DNA from: Minisyncoccota bacterium
GTDB lineage: Bacteria > Patescibacteriota > Minisyncoccia > Phycocordibacterales > GWA1-40-21
Assembly (NCBI GenBank): GCA_041663045.1
Contig: JBAZRH010000001.1
Location: forward strand, 148,403-212,402
Direction of reading: 5' to 3'
Length of the DNA stretch: 64,000 bases
The notes below the pieces were generated by a model, which was given only the letters and a program-made list of their open reading frames with translations, was not told the DNA's origin and did not search any database. The position numbers and the translations under genes are program-made. Below are positions 1 through 9,156 of this stretch, piece by piece; the first letter of the stretch is position 1, and the number at the start of each line of letters is the position of its first letter.

Positions 1-19
1 GTGCTTTGTCTCTGTCATA

Positions 20-370
20 TTATTCCGTAATTATTAAATTCTTTATAATTTTTGACTTAAGTTTATTGTGTGGAATCATGCCGGAAATGGCTAGCTTCAA
101 AATACCAGCTTTTCCGTGCTTTTCTATAATCTGTGACATGCTTTTCTCATGAAGACCCCCTGGATATCCAGAGTATCTTGTATAAACAGTGTTGAGTTTA
201 TTTTCGGCTATATCAAGCTTGTCGGCGTTTGTTATTTTAACTTCAACATTGAAGACCACGTTTCTGGCATAAGTGGTTGAGTTTTTACCTATAAGTAAGA
301 CAACTGCTTTACTAGCAATTCTTCCTAGCTTACCCCCCGCTGCATCTATTGTGTAAATTTTCTTTTCCAT
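20..370 (-). CDS. rplM: 50S ribosomal protein L13
   Basis: 116 aa; N-terminal ...YTIDAAGGKLGRIASKAVVLL... and overall length/charge pattern match L13; lies downstream of rplQ as in many bacteria. Confidence 0.8.
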   Translation of the reverse strand: MEKKIYTIDAAGGKLGRIASKAVVLLIGKNSTTYARNVVFNVEVKITNADKLDIAENKLNTVYTRYSGYPGGLHEKSMSQIIEKHGKAGILKLAISGMIPHNKLKSKIIKNLIITE

Positions 371-378
371 ATAATTTT

Positions 379-726
379 CTATATAAATTCTATTACCGCC
401 ATTTCTGCGCCGTCCGCGAGTCTTCTTTCAAGCTTTGTAACTCTTGTGTATCCGCCGGTTCTCTCTTTGTATTTTGGTGCTATTTCTTTTATCATCTTTT
501 TAGCAGAAGAAACACCGATCCTTGAAGCTACAAGCCTCATCGCTGCGAGAGTACCAGGTCTTGCTTTTGTAACAAGCTTTTCAATAAATGTTCTTAAAAC
601 CTTGGCTTTTGTTGTTGTCGTCGTGATCTTACCATCTCTCACAAGAGATACAGCAAGAGTCTTCACGAGCGCGTTCCTCTGATTTCTCTTTCTGCCTAGT
701 TGTTTGTTTTTGTTGCTGTGTATCAT
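379..726 (-). CDS. rplQ: 50S ribosomal protein L17
   Basis: 115 aa; KNKQLGRKRNQRNALVKTLAVSLV...RTGGYTRVTKLERRLADGAEMAVIEFI matches the L17 family end to end; follows rpoA. Confidence 0.9.
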   Translation of the reverse strand: MIHSNKNKQLGRKRNQRNALVKTLAVSLVRDGKITTTTTKAKVLRTFIEKLVTKARPGTLAAMRLVASRIGVSSAKKMIKEIAPKYKERTGGYTRVTKLERRLADGAEMAVIEFI

Positions 727-736
727 GATTGATTTT

Positions 737-1693
737 CTACTTTAATATAACCCCAAAATTCCCCAAAACCTTCTTGATTTCTTGGATACCCTTTGCCCCA
801 AGACCCTCTACATCATCAAGATCCTTTTCTTTCTTTCTGGCAAGACCACCGACGGTTCTGATGTTTGCTCCTGTAAGTGCATTGATTGTTCTTACCGAAA
901 GGTCCAATGTCTCTATTCTAGTTTTTAAGAATTCTGAGTCGACTTCTTTTTCGTCTGTGCTTTCTTCTTTCTTTGTTTCTTCTTTTTCTTCTACTGGTTC
1001 TTCAAAACCCACTATGGCTTTGAGTTGTTCTATCATTATGAAGATCGATTTCTCTAAAGTTTCATTTGGCGATATTGAGCCATCTGTTTCCAAAGAAATT
1101 TTAAGTTTATTGAAGTCTGTTCTGTCGCCGACACGCATATTCTCAACCTCATAGTTGACTCTCTTTACTGGGGTAAAGATTGCATCCAAAGCAATCATGC
1201 CGATATCCACTCTTTCCTTCTGGTGTTCTTCTTTTTGTATAAATCCTAGACCCTTCTGAATTCTCATCTCTATATCAAGGGTTGTAGCTTTATCTGTGAT
1301 AGAAGCGATGTGTTGCTCCGGGTTTAGTACCTCTACTTGACCAGGGACTTTTATATCGCCGGCAGTAACATCTTTAATGCCTTTTACTTTAAGCTCGATT
1401 GTTTGAGGTTCATCTGTGAGCATCTTTATTCTAACCTTCTTTAGGTTTAAAATAATATTTATAACATCTTCTTTGATACCGCTTATCGTTGAAAATTCAT
1501 GCTGAACACCGTCTATCTTTATAGATGTTATAGCAACACCAGGGATAGAAGAAAGAATAATCCTTCTCAAAGAATTTCCTAGTGTGTGGCCATATCCTGG
1601 ATAAAGACCGTCTATCTCATAAACACCAGAAAAACCTTCTTCCTTGATTATCTTTGGTTTTGATGGCAATAGTATTTTGTATTGATCAGGCAT
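737..1693 (-). CDS. rpoA: DNA-directed RNA polymerase alpha subunit
   Basis: 318 aa; alpha N-terminal dimerisation domain (LRRIILSSIPGVAITSIKIDGVQHEFSTI) and C-terminal alpha-CTD; canonical position between rpsD and rplQ. Confidence 0.9.
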   Translation of the reverse strand: MPDQYKILLPSKPKIIKEEGFSGVYEIDGLYPGYGHTLGNSLRRIILSSIPGVAITSIKIDGVQHEFSTISGIKEDVINIILNLKKVRIKMLTDEPQTIELKVKGIKDVTAGDIKVPGQVEVLNPEQHIASITDKATTLDIEMRIQKGLGFIQKEEHQKERVDIGMIALDAIFTPVKRVNYEVENMRVGDRTDFNKLKISLETDGSISPNETLEKSIFIMIEQLKAIVGFEEPVEEKEETKKEESTDEKEVDSEFLKTRIETLDLSVRTINALTGANIRTVGGLARKKEKDLDDVEGLGAKGIQEIKKVLGNFGVILK

Positions 1694-1737
1694 ATTTTTA
1701 TTTAAATTAATAATTTATAAAAAGTTTTTTAATTATT

Positions 1738-2343
1738 TTATCTGCTGTAATATTGAAATATGGCCGAAATATCAAACGAGAATTCTGCTGGATTTATCTT
1801 TGGAGCACCTTGAACTTTTGCTTCTTTTTTAATTACATCAAGAGCAAGCCACGAAGGAACCCTTGCTTCTTTTAATTTTTCATTTAAATCCTTAAAGATT
1901 GGTTTTGCTTTGCTAGATTCTCTGATTGTTATTACATCACCTATCTTTACTTGGAAAGAAGGAATAGAATGTCTCTTGCCGTTTACATCTATATGACCAT
2001 GGTTAACCATTTGTCTTGAAGCTTGTCTTGTTTTTGCAAATCCAAGTCTATAGACTACATTGTCCAATCTTTTCTCAAGGCTTTGTACTAGAGCTTCATT
2101 TATATTTGTTGCTTTTTGACTTCCCGCGTTTTTAACATAGTTTTTGAACTGCCTTTCGCCGATGCCATATGTAAATCTAGCTTTTTGCTTTTCAATAAGT
2201 TGCATACCAAAATCCGACTTTGCTCTTCCTTTTGGAGCGAAATCTTTCTTTTGGTTTCTTAGGGCGAATTTCTGGGATTGTGTCTTCTCAAAAATACTTG
2301 GCCCTAATCTTCTTGCTATTTTATATCTTGGTCCTGTTATCAT
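1738..2343 (-). CDS. rpsD: 30S ribosomal protein S4
   Basis: 201 aa; MITGPRYKIARRLG... N-terminus and S4 domain; conserved synteny. Confidence 0.9.
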   Translation of the reverse strand: MITGPRYKIARRLGPSIFEKTQSQKFALRNQKKDFAPKGRAKSDFGMQLIEKQKARFTYGIGERQFKNYVKNAGSQKATNINEALVQSLEKRLDNVVYRLGFAKTRQASRQMVNHGHIDVNGKRHSIPSFQVKIGDVITIRESSKAKPIFKDLNEKLKEARVPSWLALDVIKKEAKVQGAPKINPAEFSFDISAIFQYYSR

Positions 2344-2355
2344 AATTTTTTAATT

Positions 2356-2787
2356 TTAAACTCTTCTTGGTTTCTTTGGCTTTGGTCCATTGTGTGGTAC
2401 CGGTGTTTCGTCTTTGATATTTGTAATATTGAAACCTTTTGAAATAAAGCCTCTTATAGCGGATTCTCTTCCTGAACCAACTCCTTTTACGATCACATCT
2501 ATTTCTTTGAGTCCAAGATCGGCTGCTTTTTCACCCAACACTTCTCCGACTTTGGCAGCCGCAAATGGGGTACCCTTCTTTGCACCCTTGAATCCAAGAG
2601 CTCCTGCGGAAGATGCCATAAGGGCATTGCCTTTTTTATCAGTCAAAAGAACCATCGTATTATTATACGTAGATTGTATATGCAAAGTACCAGACTCAAC
2701 TCTTTTCTTTGAGCTTGCCTTTTGCTGTGTTTGCACTTTCTTATCACCAGCTTTTTCGTCTGTTTTTACAATTCTTTTCTTACCCAT
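2356..2787 (-). CDS. rpsK: 30S ribosomal protein S11
   Basis: 143 aa; ...SSAGALGFKGAKKGTPFAAAKVGEVLGEKAADLGLKEIDVIVKGVGSGRESAIRG... diagnostic of S11. Confidence 0.9.
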   Translation of the reverse strand: MGKKRIVKTDEKAGDKKVQTQQKASSKKRVESGTLHIQSTYNNTMVLLTDKKGNALMASSAGALGFKGAKKGTPFAAAKVGEVLGEKAADLGLKEIDVIVKGVGSGRESAIRGFISKGFNITNIKDETPVPHNGPKPKKPRRV

Positions 2788-2807
2788 TGTTCGTTTTGAT
2801 TATTTAA

Positions 2808-3188
2808 TTATTTTTTATCAGCCGCTTTTCTTCCAGTTCCCATAGTCTTTCTTGTATTACCTCTAAGTGTTCTTGAATTGGTTTTTGTCCTTTGACCTCT
2901 TGCTGGGAGCTTTCTTGCGTGTCTTCCACCTCGGTAGCTTTTGATATCTTTGAGTCTCTTTATGTTTGCGCCGACTTCTCTCTTCAAGTCACCTTCAATT
3001 TTTAGCTTTTCAATAGATTTCTTTATCTTAGCTTCTTCATCTACTGTGATCTCTGCTGGTTTTTTTTCTGGATCAACGCCGGCTTCTTTCAAGATTATTT
3101 TGGCACGTGGTTGAGCGATGCCGTAAAGCACCGTTAGGCCTATTTTTAATCTTTTATTGTCTGGTATTGTTATTCCTACTATACGCAT
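2808..3188 (-). CDS. rpsM: 30S ribosomal protein S13
   Basis: 126 aa; MRIVGITIPDNKRLKIGLTVLYGI... S13 N-terminus and basic C-terminal tail. Confidence 0.9.
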   Translation of the reverse strand: MRIVGITIPDNKRLKIGLTVLYGIAQPRAKIILKEAGVDPEKKPAEITVDEEAKIKKSIEKLKIEGDLKREVGANIKRLKDIKSYRGGRHARKLPARGQRTKTNSRTLRGNTRKTMGTGRKAADKK

Positions 3189-3238
3189 ATAAAAATTTAT
3201 AGAAGTGCTAGAATAGCATTTCTTGATGAAAAAATCAA

Positions 3239-3355
3239 CTACCCTTGTCTTTGCTTGTGTCGAGGGTTCGATGTACAGGTTACATAAACTCGACCCTTTC
3301 TTCTAACGGTCTTACATTTTGCACAAATCTTTTTTACTGATGCTTTTACTCTCAT
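3239..3355 (-). CDS. rpmJ: 50S ribosomal protein L36 (absent from the ORF track; below its length cutoff)
   Basis: Reverse-complement translation gives [38 protein letters not shown] (38 aa). C-x2-C...C...H zinc-ribbon L36 signature; sits exactly between infA and rpsM as expected. Confidence 0.75.
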   Translation of the reverse strand: MRVKASVKKICAKCKTVRRKGRVYVTCTSNPRHKQRQG

Positions 3356-3367
3356 TTTTTATTTTGA

Positions 3368-3586
3368 TTAAAATCTCCTTGTTATTCTTCCCTTTCCGCC
3401 ATATTCGTCGAGTACTACCTCAACTTTATCGCCTATAAGTATTCTGATTCTGTGCATTCTCATCTTGCCGGCTAAATAAGCAAGAACCTCTCCTTTTTCT
3501 CCTTCCAAATTTACTTTAAAAAGAGTGTTCGGAAAGGCCTCTATAACCGTACCTATGGCAGAGGGCTTAATTTTTTGATTCTGCAT
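3368..3586 (-). CDS. infA: translation initiation factor IF-1
   Basis: 72 aa; S1-like OB fold, ...[33 protein letters not shown] matches IF-1. Confidence 0.9.
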   Translation of the reverse strand: MQNQKIKPSAIGTVIEAFPNTLFKVNLEGEKGEVLAYLAGKMRMHRIRILIGDKVEVVLDEYGGKGRITRRF

Positions 3587-3646
3587 TTTTAATAAACAAC
3601 GCTTCGTATGATATCAGAAAACAGTTAAGAGTCAAGCCATTAAATG

Positions 3647-5017
3647 TTAATTACTCGTTGTTATATTTCTGATTGAGTCAAATATCTTTATTTTACTGGC
3701 TTTTTCTGGAAAAGTCTGTTTGAACTGTGGTCTTATAGAAGCTTTAATACTTTCAATCGAGTCTTTGAATGTATTATTTACTAATTCATTTATTACATTT
3801 TTATTTTGGCCGATAATCATATCTAGAATAGCTGTTGAGTCGTAATTCCACACAATTTCTATCTTCCCTGTAAATTTAAATTTGAGTGATTCTTCCGTCC
3901 ATGGGCTTGCAGTATTCGATATTATAATTGATGAAATATTTTCTGGAGAAAGGATGCTAACATCTTTATCGTTGAAATCTTTAATTTTATTTTTTGCGAA
4001 TATTTTTGCGAGCTCCGTCTTATCAAACATAATTGCATTTATTGTACCTGTTTCTGTTATTATATATTTTGCACCACTTTCCTGACTATTATTACCTTCT
4101 GTATAATTTATAAAATAATTATCTTTCAAAATTAAGAATTGCTCAGGTTTCTGTATATACAAGTCTTTTAAAAGCCCTGTCTTCAGTGAATCTTTTAACT
4201 CATTCCTTCCTGCCATTAGTCTTTCCTCAGAGACTTTTTTCACCTTTCCTATAAAACCACCAGTTATATCAGTGCTAAGTCTTCCATAAAAAGCGGTATA
4301 TTTTGGACTACCTTTAAATCCTGGAATCTTGAAATCGCCCTTAAGGTCTGAAATCTTCATATTGTATTTGTCTCCTGCTACATCAGCGATGATCTCTACC
4401 TCGATACTCCCAGGGACTTTTGTTCCACTTACGATTTTATATCCAGGCACATCTACAGATTCTCTTATCTTGTATATAAGCCCGTTTGTAGTTTCAAGCC
4501 GAGTATTGTTTATTAACCTTTGAACAGTCTGGCTATAGTTATTGTATATAATTGCCTTACCCACAGCCTTTCTTTCTACATCTTCCTCCCCATCCGTATC
4601 GAGCGTCTTAGATTCTGATTTATTTATTGACATAACCTGAAAATGTAAGCCACTAGTGTTTTGTTTTGATGTTGCTTGATAAGTATCGTCTATGGTTATG
4701 GTTTTATTTTTTGGAGTGACAGTGATACTTGCTGTAGAAAAGAATGATGATGCAAGAAAAATAAGTGCCGCTAGAGAGACGGCTGATATTATCCACAAAA
4801 ATATTTGAGAGTTTTTTGAGATCTTTTCTGGTTCCTCGTTGCTTGTATCTATCTCATTCTTTATTATTGGAGGTAACTTTCTTATGGGAATCTTTGTTTG
4901 TTCCTTTTTCTCTGGAATCGGTCTCTCTTCCTTTGTCTTTGCCATAGATGAAAAACGCACACTTCTTGTCCTTATCTTTTTGTCGACTATTATGTCCTGT
5001 ATCAATTTTTTAGGCAT
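3647..5017 (-). CDS. hypothetical membrane-anchored protein (single N-proximal TM helix, large Thr/Lys-rich extracytoplasmic domain)
   Basis: 456 aa; hydrophobic segment IFLWIISAVSLAALIFLASSFF; no recognisable catalytic motif; start overlaps the upstream gene by 8 nt. Confidence 0.4.
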   Translation of the reverse strand: MPKKLIQDIIVDKKIRTRSVRFSSMAKTKEERPIPEKKEQTKIPIRKLPPIIKNEIDTSNEEPEKISKNSQIFLWIISAVSLAALIFLASSFFSTASITVTPKNKTITIDDTYQATSKQNTSGLHFQVMSINKSESKTLDTDGEEDVERKAVGKAIIYNNYSQTVQRLINNTRLETTNGLIYKIRESVDVPGYKIVSGTKVPGSIEVEIIADVAGDKYNMKISDLKGDFKIPGFKGSPKYTAFYGRLSTDITGGFIGKVKKVSEERLMAGRNELKDSLKTGLLKDLYIQKPEQFLILKDNYFINYTEGNNSQESGAKYIITETGTINAIMFDKTELAKIFAKNKIKDFNDKDVSILSPENISSIIISNTASPWTEESLKFKFTGKIEIVWNYDSTAILDMIIGQNKNVINELVNNTFKDSIESIKASIRPQFKQTFPEKASKIKIFDSIRNITTSN

Positions 5018-6218
5018 ATAAAGGTTTTTGTTTATCCAATTTATCTAACAGAATGATATCCATCTTTATAAATGGTTGTTTCTTGAATATCTTTCCATTT
5101 ATAATGAAATTATTAAATGTCCCCTCAGAGATTTGTGTAATGCTTGGCTTTTTACCGTATATCCTCACGGGATGGTTGTAGTTTTCTTGCTTGATTCTAC
5201 CAACGAAAAGATTTAATAGATCGCTATTAGTTATGATGAAAATCTCAAATGGTACGTCTTTTTCAAGGCAAATCTTTGGTATTGATTCGTTGAATTTTTC
5301 CACCCACATACTCAGACCATCATCTATAATATTATTGACTTTTCTCTCGGATTCTTCGTCGCACTTACCATGAGATTTAATATTTATAAGTGATTGAATT
5401 ATTTCCTTTGTCAGACCCTCTTTCTTTGAGACAGATTCTATTATGGCGTCCTCTCCAAATGGAAAAGATGAAATACCATGTATTATGTCTTCTCTTACGA
5501 CGTAGATATCGGTAATCTTTTTACCAATATCTATATAAATAAAATTGTTTCTATTGGGAAAGAGATCTCTCATAAAAGTAAATGAAGAAAGGGTCTGAGA
5601 GTGAGAATGCTGATCAGTTTTTTGGCCAAATTTTTCTTCTATATATGAATTCAGTTTGTTTATAATTTCTTTTGGAATGAATGATGTAAAAAGATGTATC
5701 TCAATATCTTTTGTCTTTCTGTCGTAAATCTTATCCACCTTATAACCATTAAGTTTGGCTTGAATTATCTTTTCTTCCAGTAGTTCCCAACTACCGGACC
5801 CTTGCGTCTCTTCTATATTTTTCTGCCAATTATTCTCTTGGCTTACCAGAATACGTTTGAGAAAAGCATCATCTATTGTGAATTCCTTATCTTTTGTATA
5901 TTTTATATCTTTACTTTGAGAAACAACCCATGGTGAGCCAATAAAGAAGAAAAATTGTCCGATTTCTTCTTTAATACCCATTTTCTGAATAATACTATGC
6001 ATCTCGGTAATCCCTTTATCTAAAGTCTTTAGGAGGGATGCTGTGTATTTTTTATATAAGATGAGTTCTGATTCATCAATCTTGAAATCTTGGCAATATA
6101 GTATCTCTGGTTTTTTATTTTTGTAGATTCTTGTGACAGCGGAGGTGAGGGTGAATTCTCTTATATCGAAGACAACAGTCAAAGAAGATTTCTTTTTAAA
6201 GAAAGAAAAAAGATTCAT
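5010..6218 (-). CDS. actin-like ATPase, FtsA/PilM family (tentative)
   Basis: 402 aa; N-terminal LTVVFDIREFTLTSAV and internal IYIDIGKKITDIYVVREDIIHGISSFPFGEDAI resemble the phosphate-1/phosphate-2 and adenosine motifs of FtsA/PilM; homology only weakly supported by eye. Confidence 0.35.
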   Translation of the reverse strand: MNLFSFFKKKSSLTVVFDIREFTLTSAVTRIYKNKKPEILYCQDFKIDESELILYKKYTASLLKTLDKGITEMHSIIQKMGIKEEIGQFFFFIGSPWVVSQSKDIKYTKDKEFTIDDAFLKRILVSQENNWQKNIEETQGSGSWELLEEKIIQAKLNGYKVDKIYDRKTKDIEIHLFTSFIPKEIINKLNSYIEEKFGQKTDQHSHSQTLSSFTFMRDLFPNRNNFIYIDIGKKITDIYVVREDIIHGISSFPFGEDAIIESVSKKEGLTKEIIQSLINIKSHGKCDEESERKVNNIIDDGLSMWVEKFNESIPKICLEKDVPFEIFIITNSDLLNLFVGRIKQENYNHPVRIYGKKPSITQISEGTFNNFIINGKIFKKQPFIKMDIILLDKLDKQKPLYA

Positions 6219-6307
6219 GGGTTAATTATAACTCGCAAGAGGAGGAGATGCAATGTTTATAAGCGAACAAGATTCGCTCTCCCCACCCCACTTTCTTCAC
6301 TAAAAGC

Positions 6308-6420
6308 TCGCTCAGATATCCAATTTTGAGACCCGCATAATTTTCTGCTGAAAATTTGCTTAAGACTCGCACCGCCGTGCTCCGTAACTCTCAAAATTGA
6401 ATATCCTCGCTCGCTTACTT
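6308..6420. repeat. 113-nt palindromic structured element, copy A
   Basis: CTCGCTC-AGATATCCAATTTTGAGA-(58 nt core with CCGCATAA / TCTGCTGA / TTTGCT)-TCTCAAAATTGAATATC-CTCGCTCGCTTACT. A second copy at 49855-49967 lies in opposite orientation: same flanks and core motifs, but a completely different 17-bp stem that is again perfectly self-complementary. Confidence 0.6.
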
Positions 6421-6431
6421 GCAGAATGATT

Positions 6432-8318
6432 TTAGCTTTCCAAAACCGCTTTTATTCTTCTGACACCTGCACTCGAAGCTTCTTCCTTCACGATTTTGAA
6501 ATGGCCGAGCTCGCCGGTATTTTTGACATGAGGGCCACCGCAGAATTCAGTGCTGAAATCCCCTACTTTATAGACTTTTACAATATCTCCGTATTTTGAA
6601 AGATCGAAAGAAAGCGTGGTGACGATTTTCTTTGCTTCTTCTTTAGGTAATTCTTTCATTTCGACAGGGATTTTTTCGGCAATTTTTTGATTTACTAGAT
6701 TTTCAACTTCTTTCAATTTATCTGTCGGCACTTTTTCCGGCCAATTAAAGTCGAAACGCATCCTCTCGGCGGTGATATTACTTCCTTTTTGCGCGATTTC
6801 GCCTTTCAGCACATGTCTCAATGATGCCAAAAGTAAATGTGTCGCTGTATGATATTTCGTTTCCATTTCTCCTGTGCCAGCAAGCCCGCCTTTGAATTTC
6901 TGTTCGGAACCAGCTTTTGAGATTTCTTGGTGTTTTTTCATCTCTTCATTAAACTGAAATTCGATTTCTTTAAACTCCCAATCTGGAATTATTCTTCCTT
7001 TATTCCTTAATTCTTCAATTGCTAACTCAAATGGGAAACCATTATTCTGGTATAAATCAAAAAAGAATTCACCAGTTAGATTGCACGGCGTAAAACCATC
7101 ACTTACATCAACAGCAGTTAAAGCCTTTCCTGGTATGTAATTTTGCACTGTGATTTCTGTATTTAAAATCTTTAAGCCTTTTTGAAGAGTCTTCCTAAAT
7201 TTCTCATCCTCTTTTTTAATCACATCCAAAATCTCCCCTTCCTTTTCTTTAAGATAAGGATAAGCGTAATTCAATTTATCAATCACTATTTTTGCTAGAT
7301 TCAGAATCTCCTCTTTTGGAATACCTAGTTGATCTATAAATCTTATAGCTCTTCGCATTATTCTTCTCAAAACATATCCTGCCTCGGTATTTGACGGGTT
7401 TACTCCGTCGGCGATTATCATAACAGCCGAACGAATATGGTCTGCGACTATTCTCTCCGCTCTTTCGTCTTTTTTCTGCGCTTTATTTCTTATTTCAGTA
7501 AGGATTTCTTCAAAGATGTCAGTATCAAAAACTGTAGTCTTTCCTTGCATTACAACAGTAGTCCTTTCGAGTCCCATTCCGGTGTCTACATTTGGTTTTG
7601 CGAGTTTTTCGTATTTTCCATCGGCGGCTTTATTGAATTCCATGAAAACATTGTTCCAGATTTCAATGATTCGGCCGGATTTTACTAGGTCGGCAAACTT
7701 GCCGTTTATAGCGCCTTCTTCTGGGCGAGTATCATAAAACATTTCCGTGTCTCCACCGCAAGGGCCGACAGATCCTGCAATCCAAAAATTATCTTCTTTT
7801 CCGAGAGGAATTATCTTTATGTCCCCTTTTATAATTTCATCTGTACCTGCGACTTCGGCTTTGATATTGAATTTTGAGAAATTTTCTTTCCATATTGAAA
7901 TAGAGTCTTCATCGCGCGGTATGCCATCTTCACCTTTGAAAACCGTTACATAAAGCCTTTTCGGATCAAGTCCAAGGCCTTCTTCTCTACTCGTGAGAAA
8001 CTCAAGGCTCCAAGCAATAGATTCTTTTTTAAAATAATCTCCGAGCGACCAATTTCCCATCATTTCAAAAAAAGTAAGATGGCGATTGTCTCCTACCTCG
8101 TCTATATCACCTGTGCGAACGCATTTTTGGACATTTACTAGGCGGTTGCCAGCAGGGTGTTTCTGGCCAAGCAAATACGGCACGAGAGGTTGCATACCTG
8201 CTGTTGTGAATAGTGAAGAAGGGTCATTTTCAGGGATAAGAGATGCTGAAGGGATTATTTTATGTCCCCTTTTTTCAAAAAATTTTAAATATCTTTGTCG
8301 GATATCTGCGGATTTCAT
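6432..8318 (-). CDS. alaS: alanine--tRNA ligase (short form, no C-Ala domain)
   Basis: 628 aa; class II catalytic core (FTTAGMQPLVPYLLG, HLTFFEMMGNWSLGDYFK), plus editing-domain motifs HTATHLL and CGGPHV near the C-terminus; ends before the usual C-Ala domain. Confidence 0.85.
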   Translation of the reverse strand: MKSADIRQRYLKFFEKRGHKIIPSASLIPENDPSSLFTTAGMQPLVPYLLGQKHPAGNRLVNVQKCVRTGDIDEVGDNRHLTFFEMMGNWSLGDYFKKESIAWSLEFLTSREEGLGLDPKRLYVTVFKGEDGIPRDEDSISIWKENFSKFNIKAEVAGTDEIIKGDIKIIPLGKEDNFWIAGSVGPCGGDTEMFYDTRPEEGAINGKFADLVKSGRIIEIWNNVFMEFNKAADGKYEKLAKPNVDTGMGLERTTVVMQGKTTVFDTDIFEEILTEIRNKAQKKDERAERIVADHIRSAVMIIADGVNPSNTEAGYVLRRIMRRAIRFIDQLGIPKEEILNLAKIVIDKLNYAYPYLKEKEGEILDVIKKEDEKFRKTLQKGLKILNTEITVQNYIPGKALTAVDVSDGFTPCNLTGEFFFDLYQNNGFPFELAIEELRNKGRIIPDWEFKEIEFQFNEEMKKHQEISKAGSEQKFKGGLAGTGEMETKYHTATHLLLASLRHVLKGEIAQKGSNITAERMRFDFNWPEKVPTDKLKEVENLVNQKIAEKIPVEMKELPKEEAKKIVTTLSFDLSKYGDIVKVYKVGDFSTEFCGGPHVKNTGELGHFKIVKEEASSAGVRRIKAVLES

Positions 8319-8346
8319 TGGTCAAATATAACACATTTAGCGGTTT

Positions 8347-9156
8347 TTAGAAGAGAGTACTTCCGGATTTTGTCACCTTTTTCTTCTTTTGCTCATTTGA
8401 AATATCCATAAGTATCTGACCGGCAACTTTTCTATAAGCACAGAATTCACATTTATCTCCCGCTTTCGGCGGAACATCGGCATCGAGGCATTTTTTCATT
8501 TCTATAATAACTTTTTCTATCCAATCGGTATTACCTTTGTAAGGGATAATTGTTACGTCGAATTCTAGCTTACCATCAAAAGCTTTTCTGTCTGTTTTGC
8601 CGTTTACATATACGAAATACCCGGTATCAGAGACTTTAAAATTATTTTGCTTGAAAAGCCACTGATATATTTCCATTTGGCGTTTATAACCGTCTTTCCA
8701 TTCGTCGTCTAAAGTAATCTCCTCATCTTTGCTTGTAGCTTTGTAATCTACTACAATCAACTCACCTGCTTTATTTATCCAAATATCATCTACACCTCCA
8801 CGTAAAATTAGATTTGTTGGCTTGTGAAGACAAGATATTCCCCTTCGCATAGCATCGCGCCACTCCTCCATACGAGGGTCATCGTATGGCACGGCATCTA
8901 TGCCATAAGTTTTCATCAGCGGATGCTGGGTTTTAGCAGATCGGTGAATATCAAACTCTTTTTTCATTAGAAGATCTACCGCATTATTTAGTGTAAATGG
9001 AAAAGAAGCTGGTCTGCCAACTCCATATCTCTGATCCATGTAAAAACACCTTGGGCACTGTACGAAGAGATCTATTTTAGAACGAGAAAGACGAAAAGGC
9101 TCCTTGTCGTTTGGATCATATAAACCTCTTGTCCTTTTCTTGTATTCAAAAGCCAT
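8347..9156 (-). CDS. PD-(D/E)XK nuclease, Cas4/RecB-nuclease-like with Cys cluster
   Basis: 269 aa; N-terminal CPRC and C-terminal CEFCAY cysteines (Fe-S cluster pattern of Cas4-like proteins) flanking a D...VDYK PD-(D/E)XK core. Confidence 0.5.
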   Translation of the reverse strand: MAFEYKKRTRGLYDPNDKEPFRLSRSKIDLFVQCPRCFYMDQRYGVGRPASFPFTLNNAVDLLMKKEFDIHRSAKTQHPLMKTYGIDAVPYDDPRMEEWRDAMRRGISCLHKPTNLILRGGVDDIWINKAGELIVVDYKATSKDEEITLDDEWKDGYKRQMEIYQWLFKQNNFKVSDTGYFVYVNGKTDRKAFDGKLEFDVTIIPYKGNTDWIEKVIIEMKKCLDADVPPKAGDKCEFCAYRKVAGQILMDISNEQKKKKVTKSGSTLF

